Part shown: positions 20,501 through 29,747 of the stretch, one piece after another | How the letters are laid out: each line of letters opens with the position of its first letter | Numbering within the stretch: position 1 is the stretch's first letter | DNA from: a virus | Lineage: Duplodnaviria; Caudoviricetes | Reading direction: 5' to 3' (one strand) | DNA: 64,000 nt | IMG/VR virus record: IMGVR_UViG_2595698628_000001 | Coordinates: 6,121-70,120 of that record | Position numbers and translations under genes: made by a program | Notes under the pieces: model-generated | Told to the model about the DNA's origin: nothing | The model's input: the letters and a program-made list of their open reading frames with translations, nothing else | The model's database searches: none

Positions 20501-20583
20501 CGGTCCATGCTCCAATTACAGTGATCGGTGGGCGGGAAACTGCCGAGCAGGTAGAGAACCGCCTGCTCAAGATGCTGAGCTAG
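14590..20583 (+). CDS. Tape measure protein with NlpC/P60-like domain
   Basis: 1997 aa, Ala/Gly-rich and helical; YEWGG...DCSG...H motif near 18360-18570. Confidence 0.92.
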   Translation: MTSAGNIKLGVEIDADDLSAKLGEAVRRAIAPALAEIQRELNKVQREYDQTGRAAEKSSAAQTAGAKTVAEAVEKVGEQQTKTAAKTKAAGEVTTRQINAITRALVKQTAAWEANTAARLGNAAAPVGGGPPRGGGGGGPPRGGRGGFGDLFTGQGGGSRFLTSPVGLNLGALGIGSLPAATTAVMQVVGAVQQLGQAGLALPGIYAAAAASVGTAVIGFKGIGDAVKALNEAAKSGDPKDLEKATEAMKDLDPAAVAVAKTVSGLVRGPLLDLQKATAGRMLKGFDSELQTLADRALPRVGDGIGKIADSWNGTLKSLTGSLGSDRNLGLMDRILGNTANGQSRMNKAIDPLVHAIATLTAGGTDVLPRLADGLAAGAERFDKWITKIDSDGRLNKWINDGVTGLHQLAESGLNIVKIITDITKASGGDQGGFLKWLSDSTTKLRALTSSVSGQNAMREFFREGKEQGEQWLPILKNLGSILVEVFEASKTWSGILLPFLRVATDLLTSMPVLLQAVLVGFLAWKTIGVFKPILSGLDSISVGIDKVAAKAGKGGKLGGVRNAIGALGSTRGMTGLGLLAGGSITQITSDKNDVASQLLGAASTIGGGALTGAAIGSVIPGIGTAIGAGAGAAVGTAIAGINYLLADNKAAQEAAAAATEKLAAANERSHQAMELNAQAIKSVNDALAESGGKIDAATLAGVGEQISNIPDRLSGAYDENTLKGIASALGDVGMTTEQMAQTITGSQGQFDALTARLNQMGPAGQIAAAQLASIRDATLGAAGNAATAAPLLQQLSDMFGGIAQAGVGVQNAFAAVPKDVPINLSMPGGQAVFDILKQIGAQIDVNRDGEIHLSAPLAPSVLEQLRALGVQITQNRDGTINVQINEQQYLDTLNKLGTLGDAYKQLFAGTPALPNVPVAPPSVNNQAANPFLLPPPRPGGADGMVIPGYAPKHDVVNAVLAPGEGVLIPEAVRGIGGPAGVYALNSRFRRGLSTRYYADGGVEPHLGTGALPGPVDDSSVIGVLLQIRDLLAGKGGAAANPLAATASNTATAAKAATTATGGGKLGPFGTPLKQRGDPAYEMAAAAISALGGDPEKWIGTDPTLQAATASVLPGGVVGSMDYTKYAAALQAFAKSGNLADVQGIGLNANDPVITALTSARNKKKGGLSDDEIAGLVGSTLGPTPYAGTLTEQNSSLVKSLQRYRETLMKQAGIDPNTGLVRGSASTAGSTGVPLTALPAGAMDPISAYAQRFSGGKYEWGGSDLAAGLSDCSGAVSDLVEIITKGQATSARLFSTADAGSVLSSLGAVSGAVPGALQIGWSAEHMRATLPNGVNFESGGGTGQGATYGGNAKGAAGMPNIMSLPINGVPLGAGYTASMGSGGLPGAATGGATPVYVTNWPGQGQGGLAGLLGGKALGAGIGAAGGVAGQVSGDVLGAIGSLGQEPWNKEGASYAALNTLVKEGNPLALAKALGMDVQDFTREGGAAGDLTTQGGSGYDASGRLFSDTAGLIDRTFTSLNAQLQAMRDQMVDVIEQTNQKLQESALEPIVKSGVQSALESLKDSVSNAIGTAMGNAAAPPIADAVSSAVASLPVDSSGAGSTGTDMAGAVTGAAGNLFASGGPVYGGVPGKDSVPALLMPNEHVFTSAEVARMGGHAAVERFRSALMTGGVRHFATGGGVIGNDTVGAEFFGVSEVPIVSTIVNLLVRVLLKVIGVEIEVRDTLNEMTDDFRGFRGDAFKAFDAQGRLLNDTSGLIERSSTSEETAAAERIRILKIVIQAIIKYLIEKVIVPIAKAVANSAIQAGASAAGAAVNTQAPGAGGIVSSLISSAGQAGVDIAAEVGTDFALAISETLIDVVAQGLQSTFPDLMTGIFSGGALASIFDPISGILGSILGIFTGLLGGGALGGAATMIPGDSLFPFDNGGMAKGVGYLPKATMDDELVLSPVETDLFGRFVSALERGGFGSGGNKTVHAPITVIGGRETAEQVENRLLKMLS

Positions 20584-20594
20584 GAGACCCCGGC

Positions 20595-22028
20595 GTGACG
20601 TTTCGCGGCTACTTCGCCCTCAACGGGGTCGAGATTGCCAACAGCAGTCGAGTCGCCGCGCACCTCGGTGTCGAGGCTCCGACGTCCGACGTCGGCATGT
20701 TCGAGGATGCCGGTGACTGCAGCCTTGAGCCGATCGAGCCGGGCCGGTTGCTGTCGGTCGTCGCCCCGAGCCAATCCCCCATCGGCCCTGGCCGATTGCT
20801 CTACACCCCGCCGGACGGCACGCGCCTGTACGGGCCGGGCCTGGGCGTGGTCGGTGAGTGCTGGTCGAGCCAGAACATGTGCTTTGGCTGCCGCCTTGAG
20901 ATCGGCTACGACGACACATGGCCGCAGCTGCAGAGCTTCGTCAGTGACGGCATCTATCGCCCCGAGCTGGCCCCGTGGTACTCCACGCGCGCACCGGAGT
21001 CCGGCGAGTTCGGTGGCATCTGGGTCATGGACGTGAAGGGTCTCGGGCCGACGCCGGTCAGCCGACCGATGACCGAGATGGCCGGGCCGGGCGGCGTACC
21101 CGGCCCGCACCGCGACACCAGCCGCGCTGTCACATTCGACGCGCTGCTCATCGCCTGCACCTCCGCCGGTCTGCAGTACGGCCTGCAGTGGCTCGCGTGT
21201 CGGCTGCGCGAGACCGTCGACCGCGACGACTCGACGCTGCGGTACCTCGCCGCGCACCCCGGCCACAGCTCAGCCGACCCGGCCAGCCTGGTGCGCGAGG
21301 TCCACGGTGTCGTACTGACCAAGGAACCGCAGATCACGGCGGCGTTCGCGGGCGGCAGCCGGACCAACCAGCAGGCCACCGTCTACCGGGTGACCTGGGA
21401 GATGGGCGTGAGCCAGCCGTACGCCTACCTGCCGCAGATCAACCTCGACGTGGCGTGGGATGAGGTGGTGACGCAGCCGATCAAGTGGGTTCACGGCGCG
21501 GACTGCGAGCAGCCCGCCGACTGCGCCGCCATGCCCATCCTGTTCTCCGACACCTGCACCATCGAGACCATCGACGTGATCACCTCGCCCCCGCCCAACT
21601 GCGGCGGGTGCCTGCCGGTCGGTCTCCTCGACCGCCACGTGTTCAACGTGCCGGTGTTCAGCGCCCCGTACCGGTGCCGCGAGACAGCGGCGAGCGTGAC
21701 CGTGCGCAACGTCGGCGAGCACCAACTGACCCTGCAGGGCCACTGGCGGCTGAGCGAGACCAACGAGGCCTGCGACGGCGAGCAATTCCCCATTCAGGTC
21801 GCAGGCCTGCCACCCGGCGGTGAACTGCACCTCGACGCGATCAGCGGGCGCTACTGGGCGGTGTACGGCGGTCGCAAGCATCGCCCGTGGGGCATCGTGG
21901 GCACCCCGAGCGGTGCGCCGTGGCAACCACCGATCATCGACCGCGCGCAGGCTTGGGAGTTCGTCGTCACCGCGCCCGGCGATGCCGAGTTCGAGGTGGA
22001 GATGAGCCTGGCCGACCGGGAGGCCTGA
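20595..22028 (+). CDS. Minor tail protein (distal-tail-like)
   Basis: First gene after the tape measure; AGGAGA RBS. Confidence 0.75.
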   Translation: MTFRGYFALNGVEIANSSRVAAHLGVEAPTSDVGMFEDAGDCSLEPIEPGRLLSVVAPSQSPIGPGRLLYTPPDGTRLYGPGLGVVGECWSSQNMCFGCRLEIGYDDTWPQLQSFVSDGIYRPELAPWYSTRAPESGEFGGIWVMDVKGLGPTPVSRPMTEMAGPGGVPGPHRDTSRAVTFDALLIACTSAGLQYGLQWLACRLRETVDRDDSTLRYLAAHPGHSSADPASLVREVHGVVLTKEPQITAAFAGGSRTNQQATVYRVTWEMGVSQPYAYLPQINLDVAWDEVVTQPIKWVHGADCEQPADCAAMPILFSDTCTIETIDVITSPPPNCGGCLPVGLLDRHVFNVPVFSAPYRCRETAASVTVRNVGEHQLTLQGHWRLSETNEACDGEQFPIQVAGLPPGGELHLDAISGRYWAVYGGRKHRPWGIVGTPSGAPWQPPIIDRAQAWEFVVTAPGDAEFEVEMSLADREA

Positions 22029-22030
22029 TC

Positions 22031-23119
22031 ATGGCCGACGTGCAGCACCGGGTCATCACCGACAACCAGATCGTTGCCCTGCAGACCAAGGGCGGGGCGA
22101 CACTCTACGAGTTCCGCGCCAGCGACCAGGAGACATTCAACTGGTCGCGCGAGTCGGCCAACGTCTCGACGTTCGACCTCACCGCCCCACCGATCGGAGA
22201 CCCCGACCGGGTGCCCGCGATTCAGCCGTGGCTGCACTGGGTGACCGTGTGGGACGGCGACCGCGACGCGCTGCTGTGGAAGGGTCCGGTGTTCAAGTCG
22301 GTCGCCAACAAGCGCGGCGTCCAGATCAGCGCCCGCGATACGAACGTCTATTTGAGCCGGACGCGCACGCCGATCACCAAGCGGTGGGATGCAGCAGACC
22401 CCGCGTGGATCGCTGGCGAGCTTTGGCGTCCGATGGCCGAACGGCAGGGTCTGGACCTCAACCCGATCATCCTCACCGACCCCGAGGGCGACCGGTATGA
22501 CTTCCACTGCACCGCCGACGAACAGATGCTCGACCAGACCGTCAAGGAACTGGTCAACATGGGGCTGACCTACACGTGCGTGTCCGGCGCGCCGATCCTT
22601 GGCCCGGCTCCGCGCAACGCCATCGCGATGCTCGGTGAGTCCGACTTCATCGGCGACGGCATCAGCATCATCCGCGACGGCTCGCAGGTGTTCAACGACG
22701 TGCTCGTGCGGGTGCCGGGCGATGAGGTGCGCGATCGTGTCCCGTTGGCCGGGGCCAACCTTGAGACCATCGTCAACCTCGACAACATCAGCGACGTCTC
22801 CAACGTCGCCCGCGCAGCGCGCCAATACCTCCGGCAGACCTCGCAGGTGCGGGCCGACCTCGACCTGCCGAGCGGCACCGTGCTGCACCCCAGCGCGCCG
22901 GTCTCGATTGACGAGTTGATCCCGAGCACCCGGTATTGGATCACCGCTCAGGGCGTGCAGCAGGAGATGAGCCTTGAGTCGGTCACCGTGGACCGGGCGG
23001 CGGGTTCGGCTACCGTCAAGGTCACTATGACGCAGGTAGTGGACGTGCCCGAGCTGACCGACACCGAGGGCACCAACCGGACCCTCGGCGGGCAACTGTT
23101 GCCGGGGCAGACCTCATGA
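22031..23119 (+). CDS. Minor tail protein (baseplate hub-like)
   Basis: Position and size; LLWKGPV motif. Confidence 0.7.
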   Translation: MADVQHRVITDNQIVALQTKGGATLYEFRASDQETFNWSRESANVSTFDLTAPPIGDPDRVPAIQPWLHWVTVWDGDRDALLWKGPVFKSVANKRGVQISARDTNVYLSRTRTPITKRWDAADPAWIAGELWRPMAERQGLDLNPIILTDPEGDRYDFHCTADEQMLDQTVKELVNMGLTYTCVSGAPILGPAPRNAIAMLGESDFIGDGISIIRDGSQVFNDVLVRVPGDEVRDRVPLAGANLETIVNLDNISDVSNVARAARQYLRQTSQVRADLDLPSGTVLHPSAPVSIDELIPSTRYWITAQGVQQEMSLESVTVDRAAGSATVKVTMTQVVDVPELTDTEGTNRTLGGQLLPGQTS

Positions 23120-25383
23120 GCGTCATCGCGCCGGGCCGGGCACCGCGCACCGACTCCGAGTGGTCGGTTGAGGTCAACGATCGCCTGCGGGCGCTGGAAA
23201 ACCCGCGCACCGTGCGGGTCGGCCCGTGGACACTCTCGACCGACCCGATCAGCGGAGCGCTGCGGGCGATGCGCCCCGGCCAGACGGTGCTCATCGACGG
23301 CGAGGGCGCAACCGAGATCGCCCCGGCCCGAGTGGACCTGTCGGGCCTGGTCACGACCGAGCAACTGAACACTGCACTCGACGGCATCGACGGCGGCGGC
23401 AATGTCGACCTCGAATCAGTCTGGTCGGCGCTCTACACGCAGCTCACCGGCATCCTCAACCCGACCAATGCCCTGACCGCGCTGGCGAACTTCTTCAAGC
23501 TCGAACTCGGCGCGCCGATCACCTCCAACCGGCTGCCGCTCATCCCGCTGGGCCATATCCGGCCCGTCAACCCCAACCTGCTCGTTGACGGGTCGTTCGA
23601 TGACGAGGCCTCGCTGCTCGGGTTCCCTGACTGGGACTATGACGAGGCCGACGGGCGCGACCGGCCCGGCTGCGCGTACACGATGGCCGACGGGTTCACG
23701 CACGTCATCCACTCCAACGCCATCGAGGTCGAGGCTGACGACCGGCTCGACTTTGAGGCTTACGCCAAGTGGATCGGCTTGACCGTGAGCGCGGCGACGC
23801 CGATCAAGCTGGCGGTGTCGAGCTATCGGGCCGACAACGTGCTGATCAACGGCGCACCCGCCGTAGTGGCCTCGGCGGGCGCGGCGGGCGACTCCGCCGG
23901 TTGGGTCCGGCTGCACGTCGAGGAGTGGGCACCGCCGGAGGATGCGGCCTACATCGTGGTCGAGCTGACGGTGGAGGCGGGCGCGACCGGCGGCGGCGGG
24001 GTCAAGTTCGATGACGCGGCGGCTCGCAAAACCGGCACGCTCCCACAGTCATACGTCTCGGGCCTGGTCGCCGCGATCAGCGGGCTGTGGAACGGTATTC
24101 AGGCGCGAATTGATGACTTCGCTGACCTGCTCGACGCGATCGGCGGGTTCGTGGTCGGCTCCGGCGACGGCCAGCTGACCGACATCGTGACCCGGCTGCA
24201 GGCGCTCAATCCTCTGACCGGCGTGTTCGATGCCTCCAAGCTCGGCAATATCGCCAATATCCCGATGATCGCCAAGGAGAAGATCACCGGCCTGGTCGAC
24301 GCGCTTGAGGAGGGCGGGCAGGCGCTCCGCGACGCGATCGTGTCCGCGCTCACCGGGTCGGTGCCGCCGGGCGGAGCGACCAACGACAACGTGATCGCAG
24401 CGCTGCTGGCCATCCCGGCGTCGGCGGTCCAGTCGGCCATCGACGGCGCGAGCAACATTGACGACGCGATCCAACAGGCCATCGACTCTGTGATTTCGGG
24501 TGCGGGCAACCTCGTGGGCAGCGGGTTCGGGTTCGCCGACATGATCAATCAGCTGGCGGGCCTGCGCAACGCGACCGCCGGAGCCAACGCGGCGGTGACC
24601 AACCTGCAGGCTCAGGTGGCCGGTCTCGACCCGGCGGCGGCGAGCGAGGTGGTCAATTTCGGCGAGTTCGTTGACGCCGCTGCGCCTCCGTCCAACTTCA
24701 CCAAGGTCAACGACATCGGGGCGGGCAGCCTGATCACCTCCGGCGGGCAGTTGGTCTGGTCGGGGTCGAGCGCCGGACGCGAGTTCTACCTGTTCAACGG
24801 CGGGCCACTGCAGACCGATCTGTTCGAGGTGACGTTCGTGCTCCCGCAGGTGCCCTCGCACGGCTGGTTCGGCGCGGACGGGGCCAACTACGTCTACCTG
24901 ATCGGGCGGTCGGACAACACCGGCTCCAACATGGTGCTGCTCCGCCTCGCGTGGGATGAGGCGAGGTTCTACAGCTACAACGCGGGCGTGTTCACACAAA
25001 TGGGTCCGACGCTGGGCCAGAGCGACATTTTGACCGGCGGCTGCGCAGTGAGTTTCAAAGGCGGCACGGTCGCGGAGCCGCGCTATTTCGAGGCACGCAT
25101 TAACGGCACAAAGGTGCTCAGCACGACAGACTCCGCACCGGTCTCGCTTTATGGACCGTCGATGCGGTATTGCGGCCTCGGCGTCGAGAAGGGCAGCAAT
25201 TACGACACCGGCAAGATCAGCACGTGGTCGATGTTCGACGGCGGGTCCAGCGCCGGGTCCGGCGTTGTCGCTGGCTACACCGCTGCAGGCCTGACCAACC
25301 TCAACATCTGGAAGGGCACGGCGTCGCAGTACAACGCCATTGTCTCTAAGAACGCCAATACCATTTACGTGGTGAAGGATTAG
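23116..25383 (+). CDS. Minor tail protein with carbohydrate-binding-like domain
   Basis: PNLLVDGSFD...FDDA module; C-terminal QYNAIVSKNANTIYVV motif. Confidence 0.75.
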   Translation: MSVIAPGRAPRTDSEWSVEVNDRLRALENPRTVRVGPWTLSTDPISGALRAMRPGQTVLIDGEGATEIAPARVDLSGLVTTEQLNTALDGIDGGGNVDLESVWSALYTQLTGILNPTNALTALANFFKLELGAPITSNRLPLIPLGHIRPVNPNLLVDGSFDDEASLLGFPDWDYDEADGRDRPGCAYTMADGFTHVIHSNAIEVEADDRLDFEAYAKWIGLTVSAATPIKLAVSSYRADNVLINGAPAVVASAGAAGDSAGWVRLHVEEWAPPEDAAYIVVELTVEAGATGGGGVKFDDAAARKTGTLPQSYVSGLVAAISGLWNGIQARIDDFADLLDAIGGFVVGSGDGQLTDIVTRLQALNPLTGVFDASKLGNIANIPMIAKEKITGLVDALEEGGQALRDAIVSALTGSVPPGGATNDNVIAALLAIPASAVQSAIDGASNIDDAIQQAIDSVISGAGNLVGSGFGFADMINQLAGLRNATAGANAAVTNLQAQVAGLDPAAASEVVNFGEFVDAAAPPSNFTKVNDIGAGSLITSGGQLVWSGSSAGREFYLFNGGPLQTDLFEVTFVLPQVPSHGWFGADGANYVYLIGRSDNTGSNMVLLRLAWDEARFYSYNAGVFTQMGPTLGQSDILTGGCAVSFKGGTVAEPRYFEARINGTKVLSTTDSAPVSLYGPSMRYCGLGVEKGSNYDTGKISTWSMFDGGSSAGSGVVAGYTAAGLTNLNIWKGTASQYNAIVSKNANTIYVVKD

Positions 25384-25385
25384 CG

Positions 25386-26741
25386 GTGCCGATTTACGTT
25401 GGCGACGGCAGCGGGAATGGCGTGCCGATTGACGCTATTCTCGGCACCAGCGTCTCTGACGATTACGACAAGGTGTATATCGGCAGCGACCTCGTGTGGC
25501 CTCCAATCACGTTTCCCTACACCGTCGTCAACGCCAACGTCACGGGTGCAGCTATCCCGCCCGGCGCGACCGGCGTGTGGGTCCACCTCTGGGGCCGGGG
25601 TGTCAACGGCGGCAACGGCGGTCACGACGACAGCACGCAGTCGTCGGGCCACGCTGCAGGCGGCACTGGCGGCGGCGGCGGCGGGCACGTCCACCAGATA
25701 TTCCTCTACGTCGAGGACTTGGGGCCGGACTGGTCGCTGCTCTACAGCGCAGCGGCGGGCGGTCTCTGCCGATTCACCTCCGGCGGGGTCACCCTCACCG
25801 CCAACTCCGGCTCCGGCACCAACGGCGGCACCGCCTCGATCGCCGGGGTGACCGCTGACTACTACTCGCCGCGAGCGTCCAACGGCGGCAACCGGGGCCA
25901 GAACTCCGACGGCGGCGGTGCAGGCGGAGCCGACGGCGGCGACTCCGACTGGACCGGCGACAACGCGCCGAACACCTCGCCGCCCGGCACGCGCGGCGTC
26001 GGCACCAACGGCGGCACCAACGGCGGTACCGGCGGCACCGCGTACGGCGAGGGCAACGCGCACCACTACGCCTCCGGCGGCGGTGGCGGCGGTGGCGGCG
26101 GGTACACCGCCGGGCAGAACGGCACCGCAGGCACGCAGAACACTGGCGGCTCCGGCGGTGCGGGCGGTGTCTCGCGCGCTGAGGTGATCTGGGTCAACAC
26201 CGTGGTGCCCAAGGACAAGACGTGGGAGTACGCGCCCGGCGCGTGGTCGTGGACCTGCCCGGCCTGGGCGCAGACCGGCTGGGCTGTCGACATCATCGAG
26301 TTCGCGGGCGGCAAGGCCGGTGCGAACGGCGGCTCGACCTCGGCGGGCAACGGCGGTCTCGCCGGGGCGACCAACTCGCAGACGCTCATAGTCGGCACTG
26401 ACATCAACGTCGGCGGCGTCCTGTCAGGCAACGTCGGTGCAGGCGGAGCGTCCAACGGGGCCAACGGCGGCAACACCACCTGCACACAGCTCGGTCACAA
26501 CGTGCTCGGTGCGACCGGCAACACGGGCGCTCAGGACGGCGCGAGCGCTGCCAACGTCACGATCGGCGGCAAGACGTACGGCGGTGGCGCTGGCGGCACC
26601 TCGGGCACGTCATCGAGCGCCGGGCAGGACGGTGGTACCCCTGGCGGCGGCGGCGAGGGCGGTGGTTCGCTGTTCTTTGTGGGTCTCGCAGGCGGCAAGG
26701 GCGGCGATGGCCGGGTGTACGTCCGGCTGAGGCAGGTCTGA
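25386..26741 (+). CDS. Glycine-rich minor tail protein
   Basis: Two Gly-rich domains ending in GxGxxGRVxV-like motifs. Confidence 0.75.
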   Translation: MPIYVGDGSGNGVPIDAILGTSVSDDYDKVYIGSDLVWPPITFPYTVVNANVTGAAIPPGATGVWVHLWGRGVNGGNGGHDDSTQSSGHAAGGTGGGGGGHVHQIFLYVEDLGPDWSLLYSAAAGGLCRFTSGGVTLTANSGSGTNGGTASIAGVTADYYSPRASNGGNRGQNSDGGGAGGADGGDSDWTGDNAPNTSPPGTRGVGTNGGTNGGTGGTAYGEGNAHHYASGGGGGGGGGYTAGQNGTAGTQNTGGSGGAGGVSRAEVIWVNTVVPKDKTWEYAPGAWSWTCPAWAQTGWAVDIIEFAGGKAGANGGSTSAGNGGLAGATNSQTLIVGTDINVGGVLSGNVGAGGASNGANGGNTTCTQLGHNVLGATGNTGAQDGASAANVTIGGKTYGGGAGGTSGTSSSAGQDGGTPGGGGEGGGSLFFVGLAGGKGGDGRVYVRLRQV

Positions 26742-28246
26742 TGGCTGGCTGGTTCCAGGCTCCGCCGGGCCTGGCGGGCGTGCAGATTCCCGGCTGGTCT
26801 CAGGACTCGCCGACGCCGGGCACCCCGACCCCGGCGATTGGCTGGTGGGCGGTGCTCGGCATCGACGGGGCGCTGAGCGTGCATCAGGTCTCGCACGTCG
26901 AGCTGGCTACGCTGTCCGGCCTCGGTGTCGTGCTCGACGTCGCGATGACGCGCAGCGTGGCCCTGCAGAAGCTCGCCAAGATCGCCGTGGCGCAGACGCT
27001 CAACGTCGTGAGCACGGTGCAGCTCGGCACGCTCGGCGGTCTCGACGTCGCGCAGCAGATCACGCTGGCTCGCGCGATTGCCCTGGCCCGCATCGCTCCG
27101 CTCGACGCCGCGCTCAATGTGGTGACCACCTCGACCGTCGAGATTGCGCACACCAAAGCCTTTGCCCTGGCCACGACATTCACCGCCGGGCGGGTGGTCG
27201 ACCTGACCAAGATCGGCACGCTCGACGTCTCCCGCGAGATCACCGTGGGCCGATCGACCGAGCTGATTGCGATGCGGTGGTTCGACCTCGCCCGCGAGGT
27301 GGTCTGGTCCAATCCTCTGGCGCTGCAGAAGATCGCCCGCCTCGACCTCATGCAGACCGTCACTGTCAATCGGGCGCTCGACCTGATGCGCGTCACGGAC
27401 ATGCCGCTGACGGCAACAACCCTCAACCTCAACTCGACAGTGAGCCTCGACAAGGTGCGCACGATCGACGCGACACTGGCGCTGGCAGTCTCGGGCGCAG
27501 CCAGTCTCGATCGTGTTGGGCCGCTGGGCGTGTCGTCTCAGTGGAGCCTGGCGGCGACGACCGGCCTGACCAAGGTGGCGATGCTCGGCGTGAGCGCTGC
27601 ACTGGCGCTGCTGTCGACGTCGGCGCTGGCCAAGCGGTTCGATGAGGCCTACACCGCTGCTGTGAGTCTCGCCGCCGGGGCCACGATGGCGTTCCCGCCG
27701 ACGGGCCTGCCGGTGCAGGCCGATCGCACGACGACCGGCGCATACACCTACGTGTTCCCACGCAACTGCGAGATCATCGACCGCATCGTGCTCGGCGGCG
27801 GAGGCGGCGGCAAAGGTCTCGGCATCTGCTGCACGTGGGGCAACGGCGGAGCGGCGGGCGGATATGCCAGCGACACGATCACGCGCGGGCCGGGCGGCAT
27901 CGCGTACTCGGTCACGCAGTGCTCCGGCACGATCGGGACCGGCGGCAGCGCCGGGTCATCCTCCGGTGGCAACGGCGGCAACGGGACCGCGACGACCAGC
28001 GTTTGCACGGGCGCGGCGACACTGACGGGCGCAGCCGGAGCCGGGGCGACGTCGGCTGCCCTCGACTACACCGGCAAGTCGCCCGGCGACCGGACCCAAG
28101 GTGCGTTGACGATGACCGGCGGCGGCGAGGTCAACAACAGCCAGGCCGGAGCCGCCCCCGGCGGAGGCGGAGGTGGCGGCATCTCGACGTTCGCCGCTGG
28201 CGGCGCGGGCGCGCGGGGTCAGGCCTCGTACATGGCTCGCCAGTAG
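26741..28246 (+). CDS. Minor tail protein with ~20-aa repeats and Gly-rich C-terminus
   Basis: TGATG coupling; repeated LxKIAxLD-type units. Confidence 0.72.
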   Translation: MAGWFQAPPGLAGVQIPGWSQDSPTPGTPTPAIGWWAVLGIDGALSVHQVSHVELATLSGLGVVLDVAMTRSVALQKLAKIAVAQTLNVVSTVQLGTLGGLDVAQQITLARAIALARIAPLDAALNVVTTSTVEIAHTKAFALATTFTAGRVVDLTKIGTLDVSREITVGRSTELIAMRWFDLAREVVWSNPLALQKIARLDLMQTVTVNRALDLMRVTDMPLTATTLNLNSTVSLDKVRTIDATLALAVSGAASLDRVGPLGVSSQWSLAATTGLTKVAMLGVSAALALLSTSALAKRFDEAYTAAVSLAAGATMAFPPTGLPVQADRTTTGAYTYVFPRNCEIIDRIVLGGGGGGKGLGICCTWGNGGAAGGYASDTITRGPGGIAYSVTQCSGTIGTGGSAGSSSGGNGGNGTATTSVCTGAATLTGAAGAGATSAALDYTGKSPGDRTQGALTMTGGGEVNNSQAGAAPGGGGGGGISTFAAGGAGARGQASYMARQ

Positions 28247-28275
28247 GATCACCCCCAGATGAGAGGATCGACACC

Positions 28276-28665
28276 GTGACCGTAGGCATCACCGCGTACC
28301 TCGCGAACAAGCTGCTCGACCATGTGTGCCGAAACGTCGCGTACACACCTCCGGCCACGGTCTACGCCAAGGCACATCTCGGCGACCCCGGCGCGACCGG
28401 AGCGAACAACGCCAGCGCTCAGACCACCCGTCTTGCCCTCTCGTTTGCCGCAGCGGCGTCCGGCAGCATCTCGGCCAATACAACCCCTGAATGGACGCTC
28501 AACGCGACCGAGAACATCAGCCACGTGTCGTTCTGGGATGCCGCTGGCCCGGCGGGCGGTAACTGCCTGTGGACCGCAGCGGCCTCGGTGACCAAGGGCG
28601 GCGTCAACGGCGACATCATCCGCATCGCGACCGATACGCTGTCATTCAGCCCGATCGCTGCATAG
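28276..28665 (+). CDS. Minor tail / tail fibre-associated protein
   Basis: GAGAGGA RBS; YLANKLLDH...LHxGDPG-like motif. Confidence 0.7.
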   Translation: MTVGITAYLANKLLDHVCRNVAYTPPATVYAKAHLGDPGATGANNASAQTTRLALSFAAAASGSISANTTPEWTLNATENISHVSFWDAAGPAGGNCLWTAAASVTKGGVNGDIIRIATDTLSFSPIAA

Positions 28666-28673
28666 GAGACCCG

Positions 28674-29108
28674 ATGAGCACCCCGACCCCGCAGGGCAAC
28701 GAGTACGAGTGGGCTGTGATCTGGCAGGTGGCGACGTTGCCCGACGACGGCACCGTGCCCGACCCGCCCGATCGCCCGGCCCGGCCCGACTTGCCGCTGC
28801 CGACGTATGACCCTCAGACCGGCAACCCCATCCCGCCCGAGCTGACCCCGGTGCAGCAACAGCTGCAGGATCAGTACGTGGCCGATCTGCAGGCCTACGA
28901 GGCGGCGGTGGCTGCGCGCGAGGCGGTCATTGACGACGTGCTCGCCGACCCGGCCAACTGGCAGACCGCGCTGACGGTCCTGCCCGGCGGCGAGGCCGAT
29001 GCTCGCGCTGCGCTCAAGACGCTGGTCGAGGCCAATGCGGGCAACAAGTACGCCAAGCAGTTTGAGCTGGCCACGTCACCGGCCCGCATCTGGACCGCGA
29101 CCGCTTAA
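28674..29108 (+). CDS. Hypothetical protein
   Basis: AGGAGA RBS. Confidence 0.65.
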   Translation: MSTPTPQGNEYEWAVIWQVATLPDDGTVPDPPDRPARPDLPLPTYDPQTGNPIPPELTPVQQQLQDQYVADLQAYEAAVAAREAVIDDVLADPANWQTALTVLPGGEADARAALKTLVEANAGNKYAKQFELATSPARIWTATA

Positions 29109-29117
29109 GCTGGGCGC

Positions 29118-29747
29118 GTGACCTCGCCGACCGTCTGCGTAGCAGAGCACCTGCTAGTCGATGACGACGGCGTGCTGAGCCTCGCCCCGTGGTCGGTCCC
29201 GCGCAACGTGCTCGATGAGATCGCCCGCAGCGGTGCCGACACGACCAAGCTGCTCAAGACCGACAGCGTGGAAAACGCACTGCTGCTGGTGAACTGGTCC
29301 GGCAGCTGGCTCAACGACACGCCCGTGGACCACATGGTGCGAGTGCAGGTCACGCGCCGGTTCCGGCGGTGGATCACCTCGAACCCGAACGCGGTGCAGT
29401 TCCGTGACCGCTGGTCGAGCGCAATCGACACCGACCCCGAGGTGCCCGTGGTCTCGGGCATCTTCAACAGCCAGGCCGGGTCGGCGGGCGACATCGGCAC
29501 CAACACCGTCGCGGAGCCGAACCCCGGCAAGTTCTGGCACTGGTGGGGCACCAACACCTCCGATGAGTGGCTGGGGCCGATCGAGCCAGGCCAGCGGTTC
29601 AACCTCGCCTACCGGGCCTACGTGTGGACACCGCCCCCGTGGTCCAACAACGCCAACAAGAACGCGCCGAGCCACGAGGCGGAGACCGGATACGCCCGCA
29701 TCGCGGTCCACGCCATGCCGGAGCCGAGCAAGCGGGTGATCGGGTGA
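29118..29747 (+). CDS. Virion-module protein, paralog 1 of 3
   Basis: Resembles the next two genes. Confidence 0.65.
   Translation: MTSPTVCVAEHLLVDDDGVLSLAPWSVPRNVLDEIARSGADTTKLLKTDSVENALLLVNWSGSWLNDTPVDHMVRVQVTRRFRRWITSNPNAVQFRDRWSSAIDTDPEVPVVSGIFNSQAGSAGDIGTNTVAEPNPGKFWHWWGTNTSDEWLGPIEPGQRFNLAYRAYVWTPPPWSNNANKNAPSHEAETGYARIAVHAMPEPSKRVIG

Noticed and set aside
25600-28240. GGC-rich tandem-like repeats
   Set aside because: Explained by Gly-rich tail protein coding
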